Source of the DNA: a virus
Reading direction: 5' to 3' (one strand)
Virus record (IMG/VR): IMGVR_UViG_3300045988_073657
DNA: 56,864 nt
Shown one piece after another: positions 1 through 7,657 of this stretch. The notes beneath the pieces are model-generated. The model had not been told where the DNA came from, searched no databases, and saw only the letters and a program-made list of their open reading frames with translations. A program made the translations under genes and the position numbers. Within the stretch, counting starts at the first letter, position 1, and every line of letters begins with the position of its first letter.

Positions 1-55
1 GGTATCGTAATTAAAAGCCATTTTTAACGTATATTAACATAATGCGTTATATGCC
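1..55. repeat. Terminal overlap, identical to 56810-56864 (circular contig closure)
   Basis: The same 55-nt string ggtatcgtaattaaaagcc...gcgttatatgcc is read at both window ends. Confidence 0.95.
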
Positions 56-132
56 TACAAATACTTATATTTACGGCATTCTGCAATATTTTTACATTAA
101 CGTAATTCTTTATAAATCTATATAAAATAACA

Positions 133-157
133 AAAATTGGTACGTAATTGGTACGTA
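133..157 (+). repeat. 25-bp direct repeat AAAATTGGTACGTAATTGGTACGTA, copy 1 (two tandem AATTGGTACGTA units); candidate integrase arm-type sites
   Basis: Exact match to 56713-56737; about 229 bp apart across the circle junction. Confidence 0.8.
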
Positions 158-253
158 GAAAAGCCTTATGCCAATGAGAAAATTATGAGAAGAAAATGGA
201 AATTTTCTTTTCTTTTTTTATGCCAAAATTTAAGCATAAGGAGGAATGACCTT

Positions 254-442
254 ATGGCAAAATTCAGATTTTCAGATGAAGCACTGGAACGTATTTTTAG
301 TAAAGAACAGATGGGAAGTGTTCCGCTTAAATATCAATCAATCGTAGTCCATGCCACAGAGGAAGTTATAGGAGAACTTGGCAATGCTTATGAATTTCAG
401 TCCGTTGGGACTTTTGAACAAACCGACATATCAGACACTTGA
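254..442 (+). CDS. Hypothetical small protein
   Basis: ORF 137..442 trimmed to ATG 254, preceded by AAGGAGG. Confidence 0.55.
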   Translation: MAKFRFSDEALERIFSKEQMGSVPLKYQSIVVHATEEVIGELGNAYEFQSVGTFEQTDISDT

Positions 443-495
443 TGAAGTGGAAATTGCGAAACAGATAGAATTAATGGAAGAAAAGGAGAATAGCC

Positions 496-972
496 ATGCC
501 ACAGCCTATTATGAATCCGAACTATTTCAATCCGCAGTATAGGACACCTATGTACGGACAGTTTATGCCACAGCAGGAACAATTTCAGTCACAGCAATTT
601 ATGCAACAGCCACAACAAAACGCAGTACAGATGTACGGTCGAATTGTTCCAGCGCAGGAATGCATAGCACCGAATGAGGTTCCTATGGATGGCAATACGG
701 CATTTTTCCCTAAACAGGATATGTCAGAGATCTATGCTAAATCATGGGGAGCAGATGGGAAAATTTATACAAGGCTCTATAAGCCTGTTTTAGATGCAGA
801 CCCTAACAATTTACCGTCAGAAACAGAAAAGACGAAATTTGACCTATCAGACGAAGCCACAGCGGTATTTATGAAGCGTTTTGATGAACTGGAGCAAAAG
901 ATTGAGCAGTTGAAATCTTCGCAATCGCAAAGAAAAACTTCACAGGCACAAAGAAAGGAAGATGCTGAATGA
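496..972 (+). CDS. Gln/Met/Pro-rich low-complexity protein, unknown function
   Basis: 158-aa ORF; RBS aaaggag upstream; N-terminal Q/P/M/F-rich segment. Confidence 0.6.
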   Translation: MPQPIMNPNYFNPQYRTPMYGQFMPQQEQFQSQQFMQQPQQNAVQMYGRIVPAQECIAPNEVPMDGNTAFFPKQDMSEIYAKSWGADGKIYTRLYKPVLDADPNNLPSETEKTKFDLSDEATAVFMKRFDELEQKIEQLKSSQSQRKTSQAQRKEDAE

Positions 973-1208
973 ATATGATGAACCATATGCAGATGCCTAA
1001 AGGGATTGGAAATCCACGGCAAATAATTCAAGGGATTATGGGAAATAGTCAGATGATGCAGAATCCCATGATTAGAAATGTAATGGGAATGGCGCAAAAA
1101 GGTGACATATTAGGTGTTGAAAATTTTGGTAGAAATATTGCCAAGGAACGTGGCATAGATTTTGATTCCGAATTTGAAAAATTCAAGCGTCAGTTTCCTA
1201 TGAAGTAG
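969..1208 (+). CDS. Met/Asn/Gln-rich small protein, unknown function
   Basis: ATGA overlap with the upstream gene; 79 aa. Confidence 0.55.
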   Translation: MNMMNHMQMPKGIGNPRQIIQGIMGNSQMMQNPMIRNVMGMAQKGDILGVENFGRNIAKERGIDFDSEFEKFKRQFPMK

Positions 1209-1262
1209 ATACTAAATTCTTGCAAGATTAAGTATAAAAAATCTTATATGGAGGTAAAAATT

Positions 1263-2042
1263 ATGTTTGAGAGTAACAATACTCCCTTTACCATGCCTGT
1301 TATGCCTGCCAACAGCGGATATGGAAACAACGGTGCATGGGGTGACGATGGAGCATGGTGGATTATTATTTTCGTCCTTTTCTTCGCTTTTGGAGGTTGG
1401 GGCGGTAATGGTTGGGGCGGTAATGGCTCTAATTCCAGTTACTACACCGATTCTGCATTGCAAAGAGGGTTCGACACCCAGTCTATCATCGGTAAACTGG
1501 ACGGAATCAACAACGGTCTGTGTGACGGATTCTACGCTGTAAACAACGGTATGCTTACCGGATTTAATGGCGTAAATACCAACATTTTACAGACTGGCTA
1601 TGGCATCCAACAGGCTATCAATGCCGACACCGTAGCAGGAATGCAGAATGCTAACGCTTTACAGGCACAGTTAGCACAGTGTTGCTGCGATACCCGTGAA
1701 GCTATCCAGGGTGTAAACTACAATATGGCAACGAATACTTGCGCATTGCAGAACACCATGAATAACAACACAAGGGATATCATTGATAATCAGAATGCCG
1801 GCACTAGAGCAATTCTTGATTACTTATGTGCAAAAGAAAATGCGGATTTGAGAGATAAGGTGCAGAAACTTGAACTTTCTGCTTCACAGGATAGACAGAA
1901 TGCACTTCTGACTACTGCAATGACAGCACAGACACAGCAGATTGTCAACTCTGTAAATCCTACAGCTATTCCAGCTTATATTGTTTCTAATCCTAACGCT
2001 TACGCTTATGGCTGCAGTTGCAATACCGGCTGTAATTGCTAA
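1263..2042 (+). CDS. Membrane-anchored Gly/Trp-rich, Gln/Asn-rich protein with Cys-rich C-terminus (CSCNTGCNC)
   Basis: ORF 1248..2042 trimmed to ATG 1263, 8 nt after GGAGG; hydrophobic WWIIIFVLFFAF segment flanked by GGWGGNGWGGNG. Confidence 0.6.
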   Translation: MFESNNTPFTMPVMPANSGYGNNGAWGDDGAWWIIIFVLFFAFGGWGGNGWGGNGSNSSYYTDSALQRGFDTQSIIGKLDGINNGLCDGFYAVNNGMLTGFNGVNTNILQTGYGIQQAINADTVAGMQNANALQAQLAQCCCDTREAIQGVNYNMATNTCALQNTMNNNTRDIIDNQNAGTRAILDYLCAKENADLRDKVQKLELSASQDRQNALLTTAMTAQTQQIVNSVNPTAIPAYIVSNPNAYAYGCSCNTGCNC

Positions 2043-2162
2043 AACTGAATAATTGAGTATCTTAATTGAGTTAACTCGATTATGTCTGCTATGCAGAATT
2101 ACTGACAACATGGGGCAGACTATATGGTTTGCCCCTTTGATTTTGAAAGAGAGGTATTTATT

Positions 2163-2585
2163 ATGGCTGAATATACAGCAGTAGCATTACAGACTGTGGC
2201 AGCAGGAGCAGACGTTGCTTTTACCGAAACTGCCGTAAATGGAAGTGGTTGTATCACTCACAGAGAGGGATCCGGAATTGTGAAGTTAAGAGGTATCACT
2301 AATCAGTGCCGTGCAAGATTCCTTGTAAGTTATTCCGGCAACATTCAGATTCCCACGGGTGGAACTGTTGAGGAAATTTCCCTTGCGCTGGCAGTAGACG
2401 GAGAACCTTTACAGTCCACAAGAATGATTGTAACTCCTGCAGCTGCAGAGAATTTATTTAATGTTTCTGCACAGGCTTACATTGATGTTCCTCGTGGATG
2501 CTGCAGTACGGTAGCCGTTCAGAACACTTCTACGCAAGCTATTGAAGTGCAGAACAGCAATTTGATTGCCGTTCGTGAAGCGTAG
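2163..2585 (+). CDS. BclA-C-terminal / C1q-TNF-like jelly-roll domain protein (tentative)
   Basis: ATG 2163 after agagagg; alternating beta-strand pattern resembles exosporium BclA CTD-type proteins (by eye). Confidence 0.45.
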   Translation: MAEYTAVALQTVAAGADVAFTETAVNGSGCITHREGSGIVKLRGITNQCRARFLVSYSGNIQIPTGGTVEEISLALAVDGEPLQSTRMIVTPAAAENLFNVSAQAYIDVPRGCCSTVAVQNTSTQAIEVQNSNLIAVREA

Positions 2586-2598
2586 GAGGTGAAAAATC

Positions 2599-3231
2599 AT
2601 GGATGTTAAGAGAATGCATGAAATGATTGAAAAACTTTCTGAATGCGCTAAAACGCAGTTTGACAAAGGAATTGACAAAGTAGATACTTGCGAAATGGGG
2701 AAAGTCGTTGATATGATGAAAGACTTATCCGAAGCAATGTACTACCGTGAGCTGACAAAAACCATGCAGGAATATGACCCGGACGAAAACATGGAAATGT
2801 TTGAACGTTACGGTGACGGTGGCAGACGGTACTATGACCATTACCGCTATGCTGACGGCAGATTTGCACCTAAAGGTCGTGGAACCTACCGCAGAGGTTA
2901 TGAAGAGCCACCCTATTACCATATGACCCCGGAAATGTATCACCGTGACATGGACAGAGACATGGGGCGTATGTACTACACGGAAACTTCTTCATCCGGT
3001 ATGCGTGATGCAAGAGAGGGCAGAAGTGGCATGAGCCGCAGAACCTACATGGAAAATAAGGAACTTCATAAGGCAAATACACAGCAGGACAAAGAAGCAA
3101 AAGTCCGTGACCTGAACACCTACATGACCGAACTTGCAAACGACATGACAGAGATCATCAACGATGCAACACCGGAAGAAAAGACTGTACTGCGAAACAA
3201 GCTGTCTGCACTGGTAACAAAAATCGGTTAA
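2599..3231 (+). CDS. Tyr/Arg/Met/Asp-rich low-complexity protein, unknown function
   Basis: 210-aa ORF after GGAGGTG; helical ends flank a YYDHYRY...RGYEEPPYYH region. Confidence 0.6.
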   Translation: MDVKRMHEMIEKLSECAKTQFDKGIDKVDTCEMGKVVDMMKDLSEAMYYRELTKTMQEYDPDENMEMFERYGDGGRRYYDHYRYADGRFAPKGRGTYRRGYEEPPYYHMTPEMYHRDMDRDMGRMYYTETSSSGMRDAREGRSGMSRRTYMENKELHKANTQQDKEAKVRDLNTYMTELANDMTEIINDATPEEKTVLRNKLSALVTKIG

Positions 3232-3278
3232 AACACTTAAGGGGCTTATTTAGCCCCTTTTATGTTGGAGGTGGTAAG

Positions 3279-3599
3279 ATGTTCACAATAAATGGAATCG
3301 TTTGGAATTTAAGGCTTTTAGAGCCACACAGCACTATGTTAATGCGTTCTGATAACACATATACGTTTGGAATGACAGACCGAAATACGCAGTGCATTTA
3401 TATTTCCAACAGAATCAATGGCTCATTCTTTGACCGTGTTCTCTGCCATGAGTTGTGCCATGCGTTTGCATTTTCATACAACCTTACCATGCCGATTGAG
3501 GTAGAAGAGATTGTCGCAGACTTCCTAGCCACTTATGGAAGAAATGTGTTTACACTGGCTGATGAAATTATCAAAAATTACATGAGAATGCTTGCGTAG
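3279..3599 (+). CDS. Small HExxH zinc-metallopeptidase-like protein
   Basis: HELCH motif; RBS ggaggtgg upstream. Confidence 0.5.
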   Translation: MFTINGIVWNLRLLEPHSTMLMRSDNTYTFGMTDRNTQCIYISNRINGSFFDRVLCHELCHAFAFSYNLTMPIEVEEIVADFLATYGRNVFTLADEIIKNYMRMLA

Positions 3600-3777
3600 T
3601 GCTTTTACAAATGCTATAATTATAATTGTTCAGGTTATAATTTAAACCAGCTGAACAGTAGCAATACTTTTCAGCAAAAGCGCATTAAACATGTATTTTT
3701 AAAAAAAGAGTGTCCTTGTCGTGGAGGGCATTCTTTTTTTGCTTAAAATAAGAGCACCCTTGCGGATGCTCTAAAAA

Positions 3778-4746
3778 TTACTCTATATATAATGGCATAA
3801 ATTCACATTTGTTGTAACCTCTCCATGAATTCGTACTGTATCCTATTATTTTTCCATATACAGTTATTTTTTCACCACCGGAATAATCGGTTGCGTTTAA
3901 TCCATAATCATTAGAAAACAGTACATTGATTTGTTCCCCCATATAGCTTTCAGTACCTTCCCTCAAAACACAGCATTTTAAAAAATTCCGCTGTAAATTA
4001 TATTCTCCAAACATTTCTTGAATATAATCATAATACATATCTTTTGCTCTTAATTCATAAAGTTCTGACACAAAAAGATTTAGTTTTACATCTTTTCCCT
4101 CTAAATCATCTTGGGAGAAAAATATATCATCATAGAATAATTCAACACATGATTTTTTATATTCCTCTTCTGATAAATCATCTTCCTGCTCATATTCTAC
4201 ATAATTTTCATTTTCCATTACATTACTTTCTGATTGAGTAGCCGTAGACTCTATTTTAGAATCTGTTTCTTGATTTGTATTTTCTCCTTGATAATCAAGA
4301 TAGTTTTCGACTGATTCATTTGGTACTTCCATAGTTTTACTTTCTGCTTCTGTCAAAGACTCTATACTTACATTATTTGAAACATTTTGGTTTTCCACAT
4401 TTTGACCACCTAAAAAATAAACAAGAATTACAATTACAGAAAAAATAATTGAAAACCATGAACCGCTGTGATTTTTGTTATTTTTATCGCCTTTAACAAT
4501 ATCAATAATGGCTAAAATAATTGCTACTGGAATTGTAAGACCAAGAAGAGTGAACACAACAGATAGTATACTTAATATGCTTTGCTTTTTCTTTTTCTTA
4601 TTTTGTTGTTCCACAATATCAATGTCAAATTTAGACATACAAGCATCACAATAACCTATTCTGTGATATACCGGCAATCCTTTTTCATCCGTAGCAACTT
4701 GTTCCGGAACAACTCTCATTTCTTTACCACATTTGTAGCAATTCAT
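3778..4746 (-). CDS. Membrane protein with N-terminal CxxC...CxxC zinc ribbon, two TM helices, acidic linker and a C-terminal globular domain
   Basis: 322-aa ORF; RBS agaaggggg; opposite strand to its neighbours; hairpin 3751-3772 downstream. Confidence 0.7.
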   Translation of the reverse strand: MNCYKCGKEMRVVPEQVATDEKGLPVYHRIGYCDACMSKFDIDIVEQQNKKKKKQSILSILSVVFTLLGLTIPVAIILAIIDIVKGDKNNKNHSGSWFSIIFSVIVILVYFLGGQNVENQNVSNNVSIESLTEAESKTMEVPNESVENYLDYQGENTNQETDSKIESTATQSESNVMENENYVEYEQEDDLSEEEYKKSCVELFYDDIFFSQDDLEGKDVKLNLFVSELYELRAKDMYYDYIQEMFGEYNLQRNFLKCCVLREGTESYMGEQINVLFSNDYGLNATDYSGGEKITVYGKIIGYSTNSWRGYNKCEFMPLYIE

Positions 4747-4830
4747 AATATTTCCCCCTTCTAGGTTTTATTAAAAATCTCATTATTTGAGACTTTTTTC
4801 GTAAAAAATTTTAATGTGTTTCTTTTGATA

Positions 4831-4882
4831 CCCCGGTGGGTCTACATTTTCATCCGAAAATCTCGTTTTCAGAGGTTTTTGA
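4831..4882 (+). repeat. About 50-bp direct repeat unit 1 (CCCCGG...GAAAAnnnnnGTTTTCAGAG hairpin)
   Basis: Aligns with 4925-4976; shared CGTTTTCAGAG and an internal GAAAA/TTTTC stem. Confidence 0.7.
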
Positions 4883-4924
4883 AAGAAAAATTTTCGACAA
4901 AATATAATGAAAAAATTTTTAATC

Positions 4925-4976
4925 CCCCCGGGGTAGCAATTTTCAAGCTGAAAAATCCGTTTTCAGAGTTTTTTCG
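4925..4976 (+). repeat. About 50-bp direct repeat unit 2
   Basis: Aligns with 4831-4882. Confidence 0.7.
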
Positions 4977-5052
4977 CAGATTTTTTCAGACCGATTCAAG
5001 GTGCGGAACACCTGCGCACTTCTGCGGTGCAAGTCCTGGACCCGTCACACGG

Positions 5053-5247
5053 TCACCGTGTCGCAGCTTTTCCAAGGTCTCCGACTGCCGAAAGCATGGA
5101 ATCATACGCAGAACGCAACAGCTCCGCAGATTCCGGAGACATACCACCGGCGGCGCTCTCCACCCGAATGACGGTTTCCAGCCGTTCCCCGGCATCCGAT
5201 ACGCTCTCCATAATGTCGTATACATGACCGATTCCCAATTTTCGCAT
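5053..5247 (-). CDS. Small protein in GC-rich island, unknown function
   Basis: ORF 5053..5406 trimmed to ATG 5247 (MRKLGIGHVYDI...); RBS aagggg; promoter-like TTGACG-18-TACAAT upstream on the minus strand. Confidence 0.5.
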   Translation of the reverse strand: MRKLGIGHVYDIMESVSDAGERLETVIRVESAAGGMSPESAELLRSAYDSMLSAVGDLGKAATR

Positions 5248-5414
5248 TTTGTATAATCCCCTTGTAATATTTGATTGTACACCAAGACAGCGCAATCCGT
5301 CAATATATCTGGGCGCAGGATCTGACCGGATCCGGTGGAAGAGTAACACAAATAGACCGCCAGACGGCAGCAGATCCAACGGAACACGACAAAAAGACGG
5401 TTGCAAGCCGTCTT

Positions 5415-5531
5415 TTATCTGTTTTCAAGTTCAAAAATTGCCCACCGCAGGGCGGCGGCTGTCTCCGTGTCTTTCTCTCGCTCCACACGTTCTAACAGCT
5501 TTTAAAGTCTTTCAAGGTTCTTTTCTTTCAT
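5415..5531 (-). pseudogene. Small ORF with in-frame TAA at codon 10 (MKEKNLERL*KLLERVEREKDTETAAALRWAIFELENR)
   Basis: GGAGG 8 nt before ATG 5531; TAA at 5502-5504 in frame; hairpin terminator at about 5393-5414. Confidence 0.45.
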
Positions 5532-5619
5532 CTTGGCAACCTCCTATTTTTAATTTTTGGGTAAATTCCACCCATAAAACCGCCGCCGGTAGTGATCCGG
5601 CGGGCATCCTCTGCGGCGG

Positions 5620-5853
5620 CTATGATAACTCAAAAATTGCCGTTTTTTTCGCTTCTCGGTGTAGTTCGCTTGGATGATTTGCAATAGCTCCAAACATGGA
5701 CAACGGCAGGAGATCACAACCGACAGCTATATACAAAGCCTTTTCAACAGATGCCGTGTACACATGGCATTTCTCGCAGTGCTTGCAGTCTCCGCCGCAT
5801 TTTTCTAATTTTTTTAAAGCCGTTTCAAGCTGTTTTCGTTCTTTTTCGTTCAT
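5620..5853 (-). CDS. Cys-rich small protein of the kind seen on Firmicute conjugative elements
   Basis: 77-aa ORF; CGGDCKHCEKC motif; GC-rich hairpins 5573-5612 downstream. Confidence 0.55.
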   Translation of the reverse strand: MNEKERKQLETALKKLEKCGGDCKHCEKCHVYTASVEKALYIAVGCDLLPLSMFGAIANHPSELHREAKKTAIFELS

Positions 5854-5933
5854 TTTTTAGCCCTCCACATTTTCAATTTTTCCCGTTTCCGGGTAAAAGC
5901 AAGCCGGGGCACGATCCCCGGTGTAAGCCTGTC

Positions 5934-6302
5934 TTACTTGCTAAATTTAACAATATGATAAATTATATCAAAAGAATGGCTTAATGCTCTTGCCTGTGTG
6001 TCTAACCATTCCTCGGATCTGTTTGGTTTGTTCTCGCCGCCGCAAACCTTTTTTAACTCAGACGGGCAACAGAGACGTTCGGCAATGTCACAATCATAAA
6101 TCAGAGAGCAGCCGCCCCAACTGTACTGTTTCCAGTCAGCGGCGCCATTAAGTAAAAGGCTTTTTAACTCTGTTTTGTCCTGCGGGATCTCTTCAACTTC
6201 CAGAGATTCTACAAGCTCATAAGCATAGATCTTTACACCTTTATTCCATGCGCTTCTTGCCTTGCTGTTATTGATTGCTTCTAATAATTCATTCTTTCTC
6301 AT
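5934..6302 (-). CDS. Conserved hypothetical protein (conjugative-element/phage type)
   Basis: 122-aa ORF; WGGCSLIYDCDIAERLC motif. Confidence 0.6.
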   Translation of the reverse strand: MRKNELLEAINNSKARSAWNKGVKIYAYELVESLEVEEIPQDKTELKSLLLNGAADWKQYSWGGCSLIYDCDIAERLCCPSELKKVCGGENKPNRSEEWLDTQARALSHSFDIIYHIVKFSK

Positions 6303-6304
6303 AT

Positions 6305-6334
6305 TGCTTTTACCTTTTCACCCGTGTTATAATA
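6305..6334 (+). promoter_or_regulatory. Sigma-A-like promoter TTGCTT-18-TGtTATAAT
   Basis: -35 at 6305-6310; extended -10 at 6326-6334. Confidence 0.45.
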
Positions 6335-6360
6335 TGGGTGCCTTTCTTTTTTTGATTGGT

Positions 6361-6400
6361 GCCGCCCGACTATCTGCCAGGATGCCCGGGCGGCTTTTTT
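6361..6400 (+). terminator. Rho-independent terminator
   Basis: 8-bp GC stem gccgcccg/cgggcggc followed by T6. Confidence 0.75.
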
Positions 6401-6500
6401 ATTTGTTGAGATAACTATATCATGTTATATATCATGTGTCAATACATTTTATATAAAAGTTTATATAAAAATTATATAATATGATATATATACAATTATA

Positions 6501-6529
6501 TTGCATTTATATATAAAGTGTTATATAAT
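6501..6529 (+). promoter_or_regulatory. Promoter TTGCAT-17-TATAAT for the RHH gene, overlapping a 15-bp repeat
   Basis: TTATATAATATGATA occurs at 6472-6486 and 6521-6535. Confidence 0.45.
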
Positions 6530-6563
6530 ATGATAAAACAATTTATATAAGGAGGTTTTACAG

Positions 6564-6941
6564 ATGGCAAGAACAGCAGATTACACACGCAAAGCAATTA
6601 ACAATTACCGTAGTAAATTTGATCTTGTCCAAATCAGATTACCAAAAGGCACAAAGGACAGAGCGGCAGAATCAGACATAAATATAAATGATATAGCTGT
6701 ATCGGCTGTATTGGCTTATTTAGACGCTTTGGATAACAAGTCGGAGAATTTGCCGCAAGAGCAGAAAAATATTGCAGAAAAGGCAAATACAGAGCGCACA
6801 GAGGTAGAAGAGAAAGTTGCATTGATGCAAGCAAATGAAAGATTGCATCAGCTCCAGGAGCAAAGGAGAGCAGAACGGAAAGCATCGGAACAACCGCAAG
6901 TTGTGGACGCTGAGGAATTTTTGAAAAATATCAATAAATAA
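6564..6941 (+). CDS. Ribbon-helix-helix (Arc/CopG-like) DNA-binding protein
   Basis: N-terminal YRSKFDLVQIRLPKGTKD...INDIAVSAVLAYL pattern; AAGGAGG RBS. Confidence 0.6.
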   Translation: MARTADYTRKAINNYRSKFDLVQIRLPKGTKDRAAESDININDIAVSAVLAYLDALDNKSENLPQEQKNIAEKANTERTEVEEKVALMQANERLHQLQEQRRAERKASEQPQVVDAEEFLKNINK

Positions 6942-6954
6942 TTGCAATAATCTA

Positions 6955-6983
6955 TTGACATGTTATATAACATGATATATAAT
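6955..6983 (+). promoter_or_regulatory. Promoter TTGACA-17-TATAAT with an embedded 16-bp perfect palindrome CATGTTATATAACATG (6959-6974)
   Basis: Read directly from the sequence; imperfect copy at 6421-6436. Confidence 0.65.
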
Positions 6984-7015
6984 CAAGATACAAACAAACG
7001 AAAGGAGCGAACGAA

Positions 7016-7378
7016 ATGACAGGAACACCGGAGCAGATCACAGCAAAGAAAGCCGCCCGGATCGTATCGACTTGTAGAGCGTTTTTTCCGTGGTATGAAC
7101 CGCAGATAAAAGACAAATTCGAGCGGCAAGCGTGGGAAGAGTTAAAAGCCAAAGTTATCCCAGAGGTGGAAAGCTACACAGATGCGGCGAAACTGATAGC
7201 GGATCGGCAGAAATTCGCAGACAAAACGTTGCTGCAAAAAATATTTATCAGGGCGTGCTGTCTGCGGTCACGGGATCCAGAATATCACAGAAATTTAGTC
7301 CAAAAAAAGAAGCAATTAGAAGACGAGCGATGGAACCGATTACAAGACAGACGGAAAAGATACGGTGCATATTGTTAA
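7016..7378 (+). CDS. Hypothetical protein
   Basis: 120-aa ORF after aaaggag. Confidence 0.55.
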   Translation: MTGTPEQITAKKAARIVSTCRAFFPWYEPQIKDKFERQAWEELKAKVIPEVESYTDAAKLIADRQKFADKTLLQKIFIRACCLRSRDPEYHRNLVQKKKQLEDERWNRLQDRRKRYGAYC

Positions 7379-7404
7379 AAATGAAAGGTTAAAAGGTGGA
7401 GAGC

Positions 7405-7608
7405 ATGAGAAAAACAGTAGTAAATGAGTATGGAGTAAACATTGATTATGATTTGGCGGTATCTTTTATGGATGACGATTTAAGAGAGCAAATACATGGA
7501 GCATTAGCACCTTGTACAGACCAAGAATTTTTTGACGAGTATGCAAAACGGCATGAGCAAAAATTTAATGAGGTTTGGGAGCTGGCAAAAGAAAACCCTT
7601 GTTATTAA
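7405..7608 (+). CDS. Small conserved hypothetical protein
   Basis: ORF 7396..7608; ATG 7405 after aaggtggag. Confidence 0.55.
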   Translation: MRKTVVNEYGVNIDYDLAVSFMDDDLREQIHGALAPCTDQEFFDEYAKRHEQKFNEVWELAKENPCY

Positions 7609-7614
7609 ATATTC

Positions 7615-7641
7615 AGCGGAGCCGAAAAGCTCCGCTTTTTT
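7615..7641 (+). terminator. Rho-independent terminator
   Basis: agcggagc/gctccgct stem plus T-run. Confidence 0.8.
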
Positions 7642-7657
7642 GCATTGGAGTAAAAAG

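Noticed and set aside
4831-4976. Possible CRISPR array
   Set aside because: There are only two imperfect repeat copies, with one roughly 45-bp interval, and no cas genes. This is not a CRISPR array.
5502-5504. Stop-codon reassignment (TAA read as sense)
   Set aside because: This is a single case. All large phage genes are intact in the standard code, and none of the tRNAs found has a UUA anticodon.
4816-5677. Many overlapping 60-146 aa ORFs on both strands (e.g. 4816..5256, 4986..5387, 5249..5677)
   Set aside because: They are Arg/Pro/Ser/Gly-rich translations typical of out-of-frame or antisense reading of GC-rich DNA. They overlap one another and lack an RBS. Only 5053-5247 and 5415-5531 (minus strand) have an RBS and protein-like sequence.
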